A program made the position numbers and the translations under genes. From a virus (Duplodnaviria; Caudoviricetes): a DNA stretch of 64,000 nt. Under the pieces are notes generated by a model. The model did no database searches and was not told the DNA's origin. It worked only from the letters and a program-made list of their open reading frames with translations. This document shows, piece by piece, positions 28,235-36,489 of this stretch. How positions within the stretch are numbered: the stretch's first letter is position 1; each line of letters begins with the position of its first letter. The stretch is from positions 1,704 through 65,703 of the IMG/VR virus record IMGVR_UViG_3300014656_000027, one strand, 5' to 3'.

Positions 28235-29744
28235 ATTTAAAAGCCTGTTAAATCAGGAGCAAATTAAAAACAAGTTTAATGAAGCATTAGGCAAGAAGGC
28301 TCCAATGTTTATTAGTAACTTAGTTACAATAGCAAGCGGAAGCGCAGAACTACAGAAATGTGAGCATATGAGTATTATCTCATCCGCGTTAATGGCTGCA
28401 AGTATGGATTTACCCTTAACACCAGGGTTAGGTTTTGCGGGCATTGTTCCTTATTGGGATGGACCATCAGGAATGATGAAGGCTCAGTTTCAAGTAATGA
28501 AGAAAGGATTCATACAATTAGCACAGAGAACGGGGTTGTTCAAAACTATTAATGTTTGTGAGGTTTATAAAGGAGAGATAAAAAAACACAATCGGTTTAC
28601 AGGAGAATATGAGTTTGATGAGGCAGGGAAATTGTCGGATGAAATCATCGGCTATGTTTCTTTCTTTAAATTAGTTAATGGGTTTGAGAAGTTTTATTAT
28701 ATGCCTATTGAGAAGCTTGAGACACATGCTAAAAGATATAGTAAATCTTTCCAAAGAGGAAAAGGAAAATGGGCAGATAAAAGCGATGGAGGTTTCGAGC
28801 AAATGTGTGAAAAAACCGTTTTAAAACTTAATTTATCTACCTACGCACCTCTTAGTGTTGATATCAATATGATGAATGCAGTTATCTATGATCAGGCAGA
28901 AATAAGAGACGTCGAAGCTAAAGAGTATGAATATATGGATAATGATGAGGCTTCCGAACAAAAAACGTTAGAGGTTTTTGAAACTAAATCTGGGTCTAGT
29001 ATAGTGGTTGATAAAAAACACATGGACAGAGGCGAAACTTTAATAAGCAAAGCCAACGCTATCATAGACAAGCGTAATGGGAAGGTGGATGAGAAAGACG
29101 CACTTGAAATAGCTTTTGATAAAGAAGTTCCTCCTTTAAGAAGGGGGATGGTAGTAATCAAGGATGGAGTGGATAATATCATTCCTATTTACACGGATGC
29201 TGAGATGGCTAAAATGCAGACTGATGAATTAGATGGCTTAATCAATACTGATGATGAAATGATAATAGCCACTAAAGTTATACCAGGTAGAAACACCAAT
29301 AAAAAGCTTCGCACAATTATTTTAGCAAAGATTGACGGAACGTTAAAACAATTACTTGATGAGAATGAATCAGATCCTAATACTATCGTGGAGGAAACCA
29401 CAAGCACATCCCCACCAATAATGTTAGATGATGATGACCCCTTTAACGTACCAATGGTAGCAGTAGAAAGTGAAGATGACGATGTTGACACCAACAACGG
29501 CACAGATGATTATGAGTCTAATGTGTTCGGCATAATGGTTACAGACAACCCAGGAGGAAGAAGACCATTTGATGAGGTAAAGCAGTTGCATGAGGAGTTC
29601 AGCACAATTGCAGGACTAGATAACACTGCATTCATATCTATCTTAAGCACAAAGCTTCCACAGTTTCAACATTACAAGAATATGGAGGAGTTTTGCTACA
29701 GCGGAACAAAGTCGGAAATAAACACCTTGCTTAATAGCATATAG
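28197..29744 (+). CDS. recT: RecT-family single-strand annealing protein with long acidic C-terminal extension
   Basis: SIISSALMAASMDL...LGFAGIVPY...AQFQVMKKGFIQLAQRTG...W...FEQMCEKTVLK. Confidence 0.85.
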   Translation: MEKENKSASSLVKFKSLLNQEQIKNKFNEALGKKAPMFISNLVTIASGSAELQKCEHMSIISSALMAASMDLPLTPGLGFAGIVPYWDGPSGMMKAQFQVMKKGFIQLAQRTGLFKTINVCEVYKGEIKKHNRFTGEYEFDEAGKLSDEIIGYVSFFKLVNGFEKFYYMPIEKLETHAKRYSKSFQRGKGKWADKSDGGFEQMCEKTVLKLNLSTYAPLSVDINMMNAVIYDQAEIRDVEAKEYEYMDNDEASEQKTLEVFETKSGSSIVVDKKHMDRGETLISKANAIIDKRNGKVDEKDALEIAFDKEVPPLRRGMVVIKDGVDNIIPIYTDAEMAKMQTDELDGLINTDDEMIIATKVIPGRNTNKKLRTIILAKIDGTLKQLLDENESDPNTIVEETTSTSPPIMLDDDDPFNVPMVAVESEDDDVDTNNGTDDYESNVFGIMVTDNPGGRRPFDEVKQLHEEFSTIAGLDNTAFISILSTKLPQFQHYKNMEEFCYSGTKSEINTLLNSI

Positions 29745-29748
29745 TTAG

Positions 29749-29824
29749 TATCTTTGTAATCTAACTCTTACTTACAGTTATTAATTAGGGTAGTTGGCCG
29801 ATATGGTTTAACTGCCCTTTTTTT
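29749..29824 (+). promoter_or_regulatory. TAnnTTTG promoter followed by a terminator-like leader hairpin
   Basis: tatctttg at 29749; agggtagttggcc/ggtttaactgccct plus T run. Confidence 0.6.
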
Positions 29825-29844
29825 ATTCATTAAATATTTACGAC

Positions 29845-30060
29845 ATGAGAATACAAACAGTTAAATCACAACACAGAAGAGATTTTATAGCCATTTTTGA
29901 ATGCGAGCACTGTGGTGCAACAAAAGAAAGATCAGGATATGATGATGATAATTTTCATCGTAACGTAATTCCTAAAATGGTATGCGAGAAATGCGGAGAA
30001 GTGGCTCCAGAAAATTATCGTCCGCTAGGGACTAAATACCCTTGGTATAAGGAGGTGTAA
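29845..30060 (+). CDS. Small zinc-ribbon protein
   Basis: CEHCG...CEKCG. Confidence 0.6.
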   Translation: MRIQTVKSQHRRDFIAIFECEHCGATKERSGYDDDNFHRNVIPKMVCEKCGEVAPENYRPLGTKYPWYKEV

Positions 30061-30296
30061 TGGACAACATAGATAAATTATTAAAATCAAATATCACCAT
30101 CACAAAAAAACAATGGAGAAAAGTGTGGGGATTGATATTCTTGCGTGACACAAAGCTAAAAGAAGTTGAGCTATACATGGAGTGGTCACAAGACTTGGAA
30201 GAGGATAGTTACGCGAGAAAGATGGCAGAGAAGAGGCAAAACGAAGCAGAGACTATTGATGATAGAATACATGAGCATTTGAAAGATTTAGCATGA
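30060..30296 (+). CDS. Hypothetical protein
   Basis: 78 aa, coupled to the upstream gene. Confidence 0.5.
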   Translation: MDNIDKLLKSNITITKKQWRKVWGLIFLRDTKLKEVELYMEWSQDLEEDSYARKMAEKRQNEAETIDDRIHEHLKDLA

Positions 30297-30455
30297 CTCC
30301 GTAACATCATATTCCATAATTGTAATCAGTACTGACTAAATCTTAATTAGCCAGTCATTAGAGATTAACAATTTGTTCACAACTATAATTTCTAATACAG
30401 ATGACTTTAAAAAAAGACTTATTGATTTTGTACAAAAATATATAGAGTTAATTAC

Positions 30456-30486
30456 TTGACTTTTATAATTTGTATATATATATTTG
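30456..30486 (+). promoter_or_regulatory. Bacteroidota-type promoter
   Basis: TTGAC (30456) and tatatttg (30479). Confidence 0.65.
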
Positions 30487-30509
30487 CAGTCACATAAATA
30501 TAATTACAA

Positions 30510-31277
30510 ATGGATATAAAAAAATTTACAAAATCGGAATTTGGAACATTGACAACGATTACCAACGAAAAAACAGGCGTCGTTATGTTTCTTGCAAAAG
30601 AGATCGGTAAGATGTGGGGTCATTCCAACATGAAGCAAGTAGTAACAAGGCTTCTTAATGAGCAGGAATATAAAGTGGTAAACAAATCTGAGCACCCGAA
30701 GTTCTTTAAATTATTAGTAAGTAACAAATTGTTACCATCAAAAGCACAACGTATTCAGTTCGTTACAGAATCTGGTGTTTACAAACTTGCATTAGCATCT
30801 AATCTTGAAAAAGCTAAACCTTTTAAAGATTGGGTCACTTCGGAAGTACTTCCTGCAATCAGAAAGCACGGATATTATTCTTTAGCAGATCAATCTAATA
30901 AGATAATGATACATGCAAGTATCCCTGTTCAAAAAAGTAACAGTAAAGCCGTAAACTCAAAAAATTATATTGAGAGAGGGATTGAGGGCATTATTCAGTA
31001 CAATAGAGAAAGCTGTTTACTCCACACCGGGAAATCTACAAAGGATATTAAGGAGATGGGAAAGAAAGTAGGGCTTAAGTCTGTAGAGAGATCATCAGCA
31101 AAAGAAGTCCTTCGTCACACAAAGCCAGAATTAGCCTGTGCGATGAGTTTTACTGATTCCTTAACACAACAGGGCTTTGATCTTAAAACGGTCTCTGAGC
31201 TTGCGTTAAAAGCTGCTGTGCCGTTATTTCAGGGAATGATTGAGCTAGGTATTAGACCAGCAGAACTTGATGATTAA
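30510..31277 (+). CDS. BRO-N domain protein (antirepressor-like)
   Basis: FVTESGVYKLALASNLEKAKPFKDWVTSEVLPAIRKHGYY. Confidence 0.85.
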   Translation: MDIKKFTKSEFGTLTTITNEKTGVVMFLAKEIGKMWGHSNMKQVVTRLLNEQEYKVVNKSEHPKFFKLLVSNKLLPSKAQRIQFVTESGVYKLALASNLEKAKPFKDWVTSEVLPAIRKHGYYSLADQSNKIMIHASIPVQKSNSKAVNSKNYIERGIEGIIQYNRESCLLHTGKSTKDIKEMGKKVGLKSVERSSAKEVLRHTKPELACAMSFTDSLTQQGFDLKTVSELALKAAVPLFQGMIELGIRPAELDD

Positions 31278-31409
31278 TAATGGGATTATGAAAGACAAAG
31301 GTTCATTAACACACATAAGAAAAGAAGTCTTTGGTATAGAGATCAGAGAACAGAAAGATGGCAATTAGAATGGGAACATAAGTGTAAATAAAAAATTAAT
31401 TTAATTATT

Positions 31410-31655
31410 ATGAAAGAAAATCAATATTACATGACAACGGCTGAAATTTATTGGCTTCCACGTAAGAGTTTTATTTATGTTTATAAGGTTTGTAATAAAG
31501 TATTTTTTTACAATTACATCCATGATTGGCAATTAGTAGAAGTAAACAAGGAAACAATCTTAAAGATAAATAAAGTTGAGAGTCCAAATTATAGGGGCAA
31601 ATTAATTGACGCTGATAATTTTAAATTATTAAAACGAGAAAGGCTTATTTTATAA
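31410..31655 (+). CDS. Hypothetical protein
   Basis: 81 aa ORF. Confidence 0.5.
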   Translation: MKENQYYMTTAEIYWLPRKSFIYVYKVCNKVFFYNYIHDWQLVEVNKETILKINKVESPNYRGKLIDADNFKLLKRERLIL

Positions 31656-31672
31656 CTTTAAAAACTTATTAT

Positions 31673-31906
31673 ATGTCAAGAATAATAACAGAAATACTAA
31701 AAGAAGCAGATGCAACAATTGATTTGCAGGGCTTAATCAATCTTTGGAATGAGATTGCCAACAACAAAAAACAATATCCATTAAGCGATATTTGGAATGC
31801 AAATAAGCATATCAGAGAACTTGCTTTGAAATCAAGCGGACAGGATATAGATAAAGGTAAATTTTATCACGAACTTAAATCACAATGCGATGGCGTTTTA
31901 GCATGA
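31673..31906 (+). CDS. Hypothetical protein
   Basis: 77 aa; stop lies just before the AAC core at 31912. Confidence 0.55.
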   Translation: MSRIITEILKEADATIDLQGLINLWNEIANNKKQYPLSDIWNANKHIRELALKSSGQDIDKGKFYHELKSQCDGVLA

Positions 31907-31984
31907 ACGCTAACTGAGCGCGGCTATGTTTAGTACCGACAAAAGAACGAGAATTTAATTATTAACGATAAAAATAAGTGAGCG

Positions 31985-32353
31985 ATGAAAAAAGAACAGA
32001 TTTTAAAATGCAACAATATACAGATTGAGAGATTAAAACAAGAAAAACCAATGCTTGTACATAATATATTAAAAGCAATGGATGATTATGCCGAACTAAG
32101 CGAACGACAAGAAACGTCTGATACCGAAATTCAAGACAAAAATAAGGTATTAAATATAGCTGTTATGCACCGTTTGAAAGCAGTACAGACTTTAAAAAAT
32201 AGCCCGGACTTACTGCTGCTAATGGCAGAATTTAAACGAGCTAATTTTGTTGGCTCATACATAGTGGAGCATCAGATAGAATCAGAAGAAGAGTTAGCAG
32301 CAGTATGGCTGTCTGAATTGGAAGCACAGTTGTTTCGGTCAAATGGTGCATAA
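31985..32353 (+). CDS. Hypothetical protein spanning a hairpin/unit junction
   Basis: Codon 60 is the core GTT (LNIA-V-MHR); stop TAA lies inside GCATAAC. Confidence 0.6.
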   Translation: MKKEQILKCNNIQIERLKQEKPMLVHNILKAMDDYAELSERQETSDTEIQDKNKVLNIAVMHRLKAVQTLKNSPDLLLLMAEFKRANFVGSYIVEHQIESEEELAAVWLSELEAQLFRSNGA

Positions 32354-32502
32354 CGGTCGGCAATATAAAATCGTGCTGGATTACGAGGCACGAAACTATC
32401 AAACCTCTACGAACTTTGAAACGAGAGAAAATATTTAATAACCGCACGAAGCCCAGCATGTTTTATATTGCGTGTTGTGCGTAGTGCTTAATAATCAAAA
32501 TT

Positions 32503-32727
32503 ATGGGAGCAATACACGATTCAGAAAAAAGATTAAAAGAACTATTTGATTTAGAACAAGCACTTGGAATTAACCAAGAAGATAGGTTTCATAATTCCGA
32601 AGAAGGGAAAAAACAATATGAAGCCTGTTTTGAAAATCACCCTTCGTGCGATGATGTAAAAAGTGAAGCAACTATCGAAGAACTTACAGCAAAAATTGAA
32701 AAATACAAGCGTGGTGATTTTTCTTAA
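32503..32727 (+). CDS. Cassette-borne hypothetical protein
   Basis: Fills the unit 32474-32740. Confidence 0.6.
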   Translation: MGAIHDSEKRLKELFDLEQALGINQEDRFHNSEEGKKQYEACFENHPSCDDVKSEATIEELTAKIEKYKRGDFS

Positions 32728-32776
32728 CATTATGCACAACTTAGAAATATATACCATACATCATTAAACAGGAAAC

Positions 32777-33001
32777 ATGAAAAAAAGAGAAATATCATTA
32801 GGGAAAACAAATAGTGAGCCTTGTCCTAATTGTAAGGAAACGATTAAACAATGCGCCTGTATGCGTAATATCTGCAATAAATGTGGTAAGTCTGTTGGCA
32901 ATATTACTTTTACAGTATGTGATGAGTGTTGGGGCGAACAAAGAAAATGCGTTTGGTGTGGAAATCCTAACATATTTAACGGATTAAAACAAATAATATG
33001 A
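32777..33001 (+). CDS. Cys-rich zinc-finger protein
   Basis: EPCPNCKETIKQCACMRNICNKCGKSVGNITFTVCDECW; paralogous to the 33309 C-terminus. Confidence 0.65.
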   Translation: MKKREISLGKTNSEPCPNCKETIKQCACMRNICNKCGKSVGNITFTVCDECWGEQRKCVWCGNPNIFNGLKQII

Positions 33002-33306
33002 AACAATTAGAAGATTTTTTAGAAGAAGAATTAAAAGTATTAGAATTACAGCGGTTTGATTGGGGACATTTAACCATTGAAGATGAAAGTCGGGAAAGAA
33101 CGCTGTTAGAAGTGCGGGAAGTAGTTAACAAACAACAACAAGCAGCTTATGTTCCCAACTGTGATTTATCTGAATTTGCAATTAATAATTTCAACCATAT
33201 TCTGGAAATATCACAAAAAATAACAACTGGTAATGTATCGCACAAAAGAATTACCATAGAGGGAATTGCAAAAAGAAGTGTTGAATTTATTAAAAAATAT
33301 TATTGA
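32998..33306 (+). CDS. Hypothetical protein
   Basis: 102 aa, coupled. Confidence 0.5.
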   Translation: MKQLEDFLEEELKVLELQRFDWGHLTIEDESRERTLLEVREVVNKQQQAAYVPNCDLSEFAINNFNHILEISQKITTGNVSHKRITIEGIAKRSVEFIKKYY

Positions 33307-33308
33307 AA

Positions 33309-33593
33309 ATGAAAGCAAAAAATAATATATCAATTGGTGATAACATTGAATTTGTTTCAGGAAATTTTAAAGGATTGACTGGAATAGTCACAAACACCGA
33401 ATACGGGAAACAATTTAATGCAGAAACCAAGCCTGACGGTTATACATTGTTAGCAACTGAGCCTTGTGCCAATTGCAAAGAAACTGTTAAAGAATGTGCT
33501 TGTATGAGAAACATTTGCCATAAATGCCAAAAACCTGTGGGGAACATAACCTTTACAATATGTGATGAATGTTGGGATATAGAGTTTCCATAA
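33309..33593 (+). CDS. Chimeric protein: KOW-like N-terminus plus cassette-borne Cys-rich domain
   Basis: IGDNIEFVSGNFKGLTGIV, then EPCANCKETVKECACMRNICHKC encoded inside unit 33449-33610. Confidence 0.6.
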   Translation: MKAKNNISIGDNIEFVSGNFKGLTGIVTNTEYGKQFNAETKPDGYTLLATEPCANCKETVKECACMRNICHKCQKPVGNITFTICDECWDIEFP

Positions 33594-33659
33594 AGGGCTT
33601 TGTTGCTAACGGAACGCAGGTATGTGAAGATTTTTTAACGATAAAAAAAGGAGAATATT

Positions 33660-33902
33660 ATGAATGGATTGATAAAATTAATAGAAGAAGAATTTAAGAA
33701 AAATGATATAAACTTTGATAATAGCTTAAATGCTAATTATATAGATGATAGTTTTGGGGCTGTTATGATATGCATTGAAAATGTAGTTAAAAATTTGCAT
33801 ATACCTGATGTTGTGGGTATGTTGCCGAAATGCGAACATAGAAACATTGATAGACAGGATGGTTGTGATGAATGCCTAGATTGTGGTGTAAGAAACTATT
33901 AA
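33660..33902 (+). CDS. Junction-spanning hypothetical protein with C-terminal Zn ribbon
   Basis: Codon 51 is the core GTT (LHIPD-V-VGM); CEH...CDECLDCG downstream. Confidence 0.6.
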   Translation: MNGLIKLIEEEFKKNDINFDNSLNANYIDDSFGAVMICIENVVKNLHIPDVVGMLPKCEHRNIDRQDGCDECLDCGVRNY

Positions 33903-33995
33903 AGGCAATTACCTACAACGGAACGCAGCTATGTTTGGGTGCGGATTACGAAGCAATTAACTTTCAATAAATTATAAACATTAATACGAGAAAAA

Positions 33996-34205
33996 ATGAA
34001 TGATTTACCACAAAAACCACAATCAAATATAGGTGCTGTTAACGGCTGTGCTTCACACTCTTGGGATAAAGTGAAGGGTATTAAAATAGCAGGAAAGCCA
34101 TGGGTTGGCATTAAAAGCAAGACAGTTAGAACCTGCACAATTTGCGGATATAAAGAATATTGGACAAATGACGGTATGTTCTGCGGGTGGTTTAGTATTG
34201 CGTAG
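33996..34205 (+). CDS. Junction-spanning hypothetical protein with Zn ribbon
   Basis: Codon 15 is the core GTT (NIGA-V-NGC); HSW...RTCTICG. Confidence 0.6.
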   Translation: MNDLPQKPQSNIGAVNGCASHSWDKVKGIKIAGKPWVGIKSKTVRTCTICGYKEYWTNDGMFCGWFSIA

Positions 34206-34354
34206 CATTGCCGTTAACGTTAAAATATATGATTAGTAGCCGTAAATAAGCGACTACCTATCGAGTTAAAAACTAAATTAATAAACACTTAATAGCCTTT
34301 AAAATAAGCACAACACAGGCTATTAATTATATATAGTGTTGTGCATAGTACGGT

Positions 34355-34597
34355 ATGAAAATTAAAAAGAAACACTTAAAAACGATTGAAGTAGATGTAA
34401 ACAAAAATGGTGGTTTTACCGTTTGGATAACAGAAAAGCGATTAATTAACGGACAAAAAAAGAGCATTAAACATTGGATATTAGACGGAAGTTGTATAAA
34501 AGAAGATGGCGAAATTAGGTTAGGGAATTATGAAAGAAATGACATTAATGCGGTGCATCGTAAACAGAACAATACCATTTATGTGGTTAAGAAGTAG
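34355..34597 (+). CDS. Cassette-borne hypothetical protein
   Basis: Fills the unit 34338-34610. Confidence 0.6.
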   Translation: MKIKKKHLKTIEVDVNKNGGFTVWITEKRLINGQKKSIKHWILDGSCIKEDGEIRLGNYERNDINAVHRKQNNTIYVVKK

Positions 34598-34752
34598 TAT
34601 TATGCACAACGGTCGGGGCTAAGAATAGGCAGGGATAACGAGCAACACCCTTTCAGCCTACACGAATGATAAAACGAAGCTCACAGGCTTGATTAAGCAC
34701 ATACGCCCTGCTTATTTTTAGCCTTTGTTATAGGGCGTTTATTCTTATTAAA

Positions 34753-34935
34753 ATGAAAAATTTAGCAGAAATTAAATCAAAGTTTGAAAGTTCAAAACAA
34801 GAACTTATTGATAAGCAGAAAGAGTATAATAACCTTTCTCAAATCAGCTGTATGGATTCAGGTGGTCGTTTACTCGATAATCAAATTCAGGTGTTAAAAG
34901 GAGTTGTAAAAGCGTTGGAGTGGGTTCTTCTTTAA
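34753..34935 (+). CDS. Cassette-borne hypothetical protein
   Basis: Fills the unit 34727-34947; ends ALEWVLL. Confidence 0.6.
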   Translation: MKNLAEIKSKFESSKQELIDKQKEYNNLSQISCMDSGGRLLDNQIQVLKGVVKALEWVLL

Positions 34936-34976
34936 ATGCCCTATAACTTGTTTATATGTACAACTAACTTATCCAA

Positions 34977-35246
34977 ATGATTGATATAATTGAAATACAA
35001 GAGAATTTAAAATTTGTAAAACATCTACAAATAAAGTTCAGATTTAAAGGTTTGGATTATTTAGTGTCAGATAAGTACGGTAATTTTTTTGCCCTGCCTC
35101 ATTGCCCAGATAAACGCACCATACCATTTAAACAACTAAAGAAAAATCAAAATTACATATACTATCACGGGTCGAAAAAATATTTCCCAGAGCTCAGGAA
35201 GAAAAGAGTTGTGGTGAACGAGCGTTATTTAATCCCTATTAATTAA
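34977..35246 (+). CDS. Hypothetical protein
   Basis: 89 aa ORF. Confidence 0.5.
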   Translation: MIDIIEIQENLKFVKHLQIKFRFKGLDYLVSDKYGNFFALPHCPDKRTIPFKQLKKNQNYIYYHGSKKYFPELRKKRVVVNERYLIPIN

Positions 35247-35333
35247 TATTTACTATATTTGTTTAAACTAAAATGATGAAATTATGAGAAATACTTCCTA
35301 CAACATCAGCAGTATCAACGAATACAGATAGTT

Positions 35334-35897
35334 TTGCTACGGCAATCCCTCTTACTTATAATTCTACTTCTCCTTACTTCAAAACTAGCTAATCCAGAAG
35401 TAGTAAAATACACTCCTCCAAAAGTGCCTGTAGACTTTATTGCCTTACAACAAAGAGTAATAATAAAAACATTCAGTAAGATAGAATCTTCTTATAATCC
35501 ATTAATCTATAATAAAGAGGAGGGGGCGGCAGGACTACTCCAGATAAGGCCCATAATGCTCCACCACATCAATAAAATATGTAATACTACTTTTACCCTT
35601 CAAGATCGCTTTGACTCGCTTAAATCAACGCAAATGTTCTTTCTTTACCAATATTACTACAATCCTCAATTAAAAATAGAAAATGCTTCTAGGTTATGGA
35701 ACGCAGGAGACAGAGGGATGCACAAACCAAAATCAACGCAAGGGTATTACGAGAGAATAAGAAAAGAATTTATCAAGGTGGCGTCACAGGAGCTGCAAAA
35801 GCTAGATATTAAGCAGCCCACAATCATTAAAAAACATTTTCCTAACTTCGGGAGGACGTACACAATAAAAAGCCTCGAACGAATCGAGGCTAATTAA
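35334..35897 (+). CDS. Lytic transglycosylase (SLT/lysozyme-like) with N-terminal hydrophobic segment
   Basis: KIESSYNP...GAAGLLQIRPI...DRFD...WNAG; start codon uncertain. Confidence 0.75.
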   Translation: MLRQSLLLIILLLLTSKLANPEVVKYTPPKVPVDFIALQQRVIIKTFSKIESSYNPLIYNKEEGAAGLLQIRPIMLHHINKICNTTFTLQDRFDSLKSTQMFFLYQYYYNPQLKIENASRLWNAGDRGMHKPKSTQGYYERIRKEFIKVASQELQKLDIKQPTIIKKHFPNFGRTYTIKSLERIEAN

Positions 35898-35997
35898 TTG
35901 AGAACATTGTCTATTTGGAAAACACTAATATAGTTCAAAAAAACACAAAAAGCAAGTAAAATTTTAATTATGTTTATACACTCAAAAAAAATAACAG

Positions 35998-36489
35998 ATG
36001 GGAAACGTACATATATTTGAAAAACAAGGTAGAGGGGCCTTATTGACTCAGACAATGATCTTCAAACAACTTTGGCTTTATAGCAATAAACGGTCATTTG
36101 TGTCTGGTTTATACCTTCGGGATTATATGAATACTCCATATTTTTATAACTGTTTTGCTCATATTTTAGCTAAAGGGATCAATAAATATCCTCACTATAA
36201 ATTCTTAGCACGTAACATCGCACTACTAACACCAGCGGAGCATTCACTTTTTGATCAGGGCACAGAGGAGCAGAGGGAAAAGTATTGTGATGAGGTTAAG
36301 AGTGCTAATTGGCAGCCCTTATACGACCTCAGGGATGAATTAAAGCAAGAATATGATAAAGTATTTCCTACCACAATAGGAATGATGATAGGCTATAAAT
36401 ACTCACCGGAGGAGGTGATGGCAAAGGTAGGATTGATGAATAAGAAATTTTTTGAGGAATTAAGAGGCACAAAGGGAATCGAACCCTAA
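35998..36489 (+). CDS. Putative His-Me (HNH/NinG-like) nuclease
   Basis: FAHILAKG..YP...RNIALLTPAEHSLFD spacing. Confidence 0.45.
   Translation: MGNVHIFEKQGRGALLTQTMIFKQLWLYSNKRSFVSGLYLRDYMNTPYFYNCFAHILAKGINKYPHYKFLARNIALLTPAEHSLFDQGTEEQREKYCDEVKSANWQPLYDLRDELKQEYDKVFPTTIGMMIGYKYSPEEVMAKVGLMNKKFFEELRGTKGIEP

Larger units (their letters stand above)
31910..32760 (+). repeat. Cassette-like array 2: hairpins 31912-32164 and 32352-32476; units 32162-32354 and 32474-32740
   Basis: ggctatgtttagtacc/ggtattaaatatagct; gcaatataaaatcgtgctgg/ccagcatgttttatattgc; unit ends gttatgcaccgtttga/tcaaatggtgcataac. Confidence 0.85.
33449..34947 (+). repeat. Cassette-like array 3: hairpins 33608-33812, 33917-34040, 34216-34340, 34608-34729; units 33449-33610, 33810-33919, 34038-34218, 34338-34610, 34727-34947
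   Basis: Four 17-20 bp hairpin stems and five self-complementary unit ends, all sharing GTT/AAC cores. Confidence 0.9.

Noticed and set aside
31278-31390. Open frame after the BRO gene double stop (WDYERQRF...)
   Set aside because: No start codon or RBS in that frame; at most a gene remnant.
32777-33593. DGR template/variable repeat pair for the duplicated Cys-rich segment
   Set aside because: Differences are mainly synonymous and not adenine-specific; no reverse transcriptase in the window.
21351-34947. CRISPR or mini-CRISPR array
   Set aside because: Repeats are inverted and differ in sequence, the intervening lengths vary from 39 to ~400 bp, and they contain genes.
21351-34947. MITE/IS family, or plain terminators
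   Set aside because: No target-site duplications, no common TIR sequence, no transposase; stems lack U tails, some enclose start codons or whole genes, and all share GTT/AAC cores.
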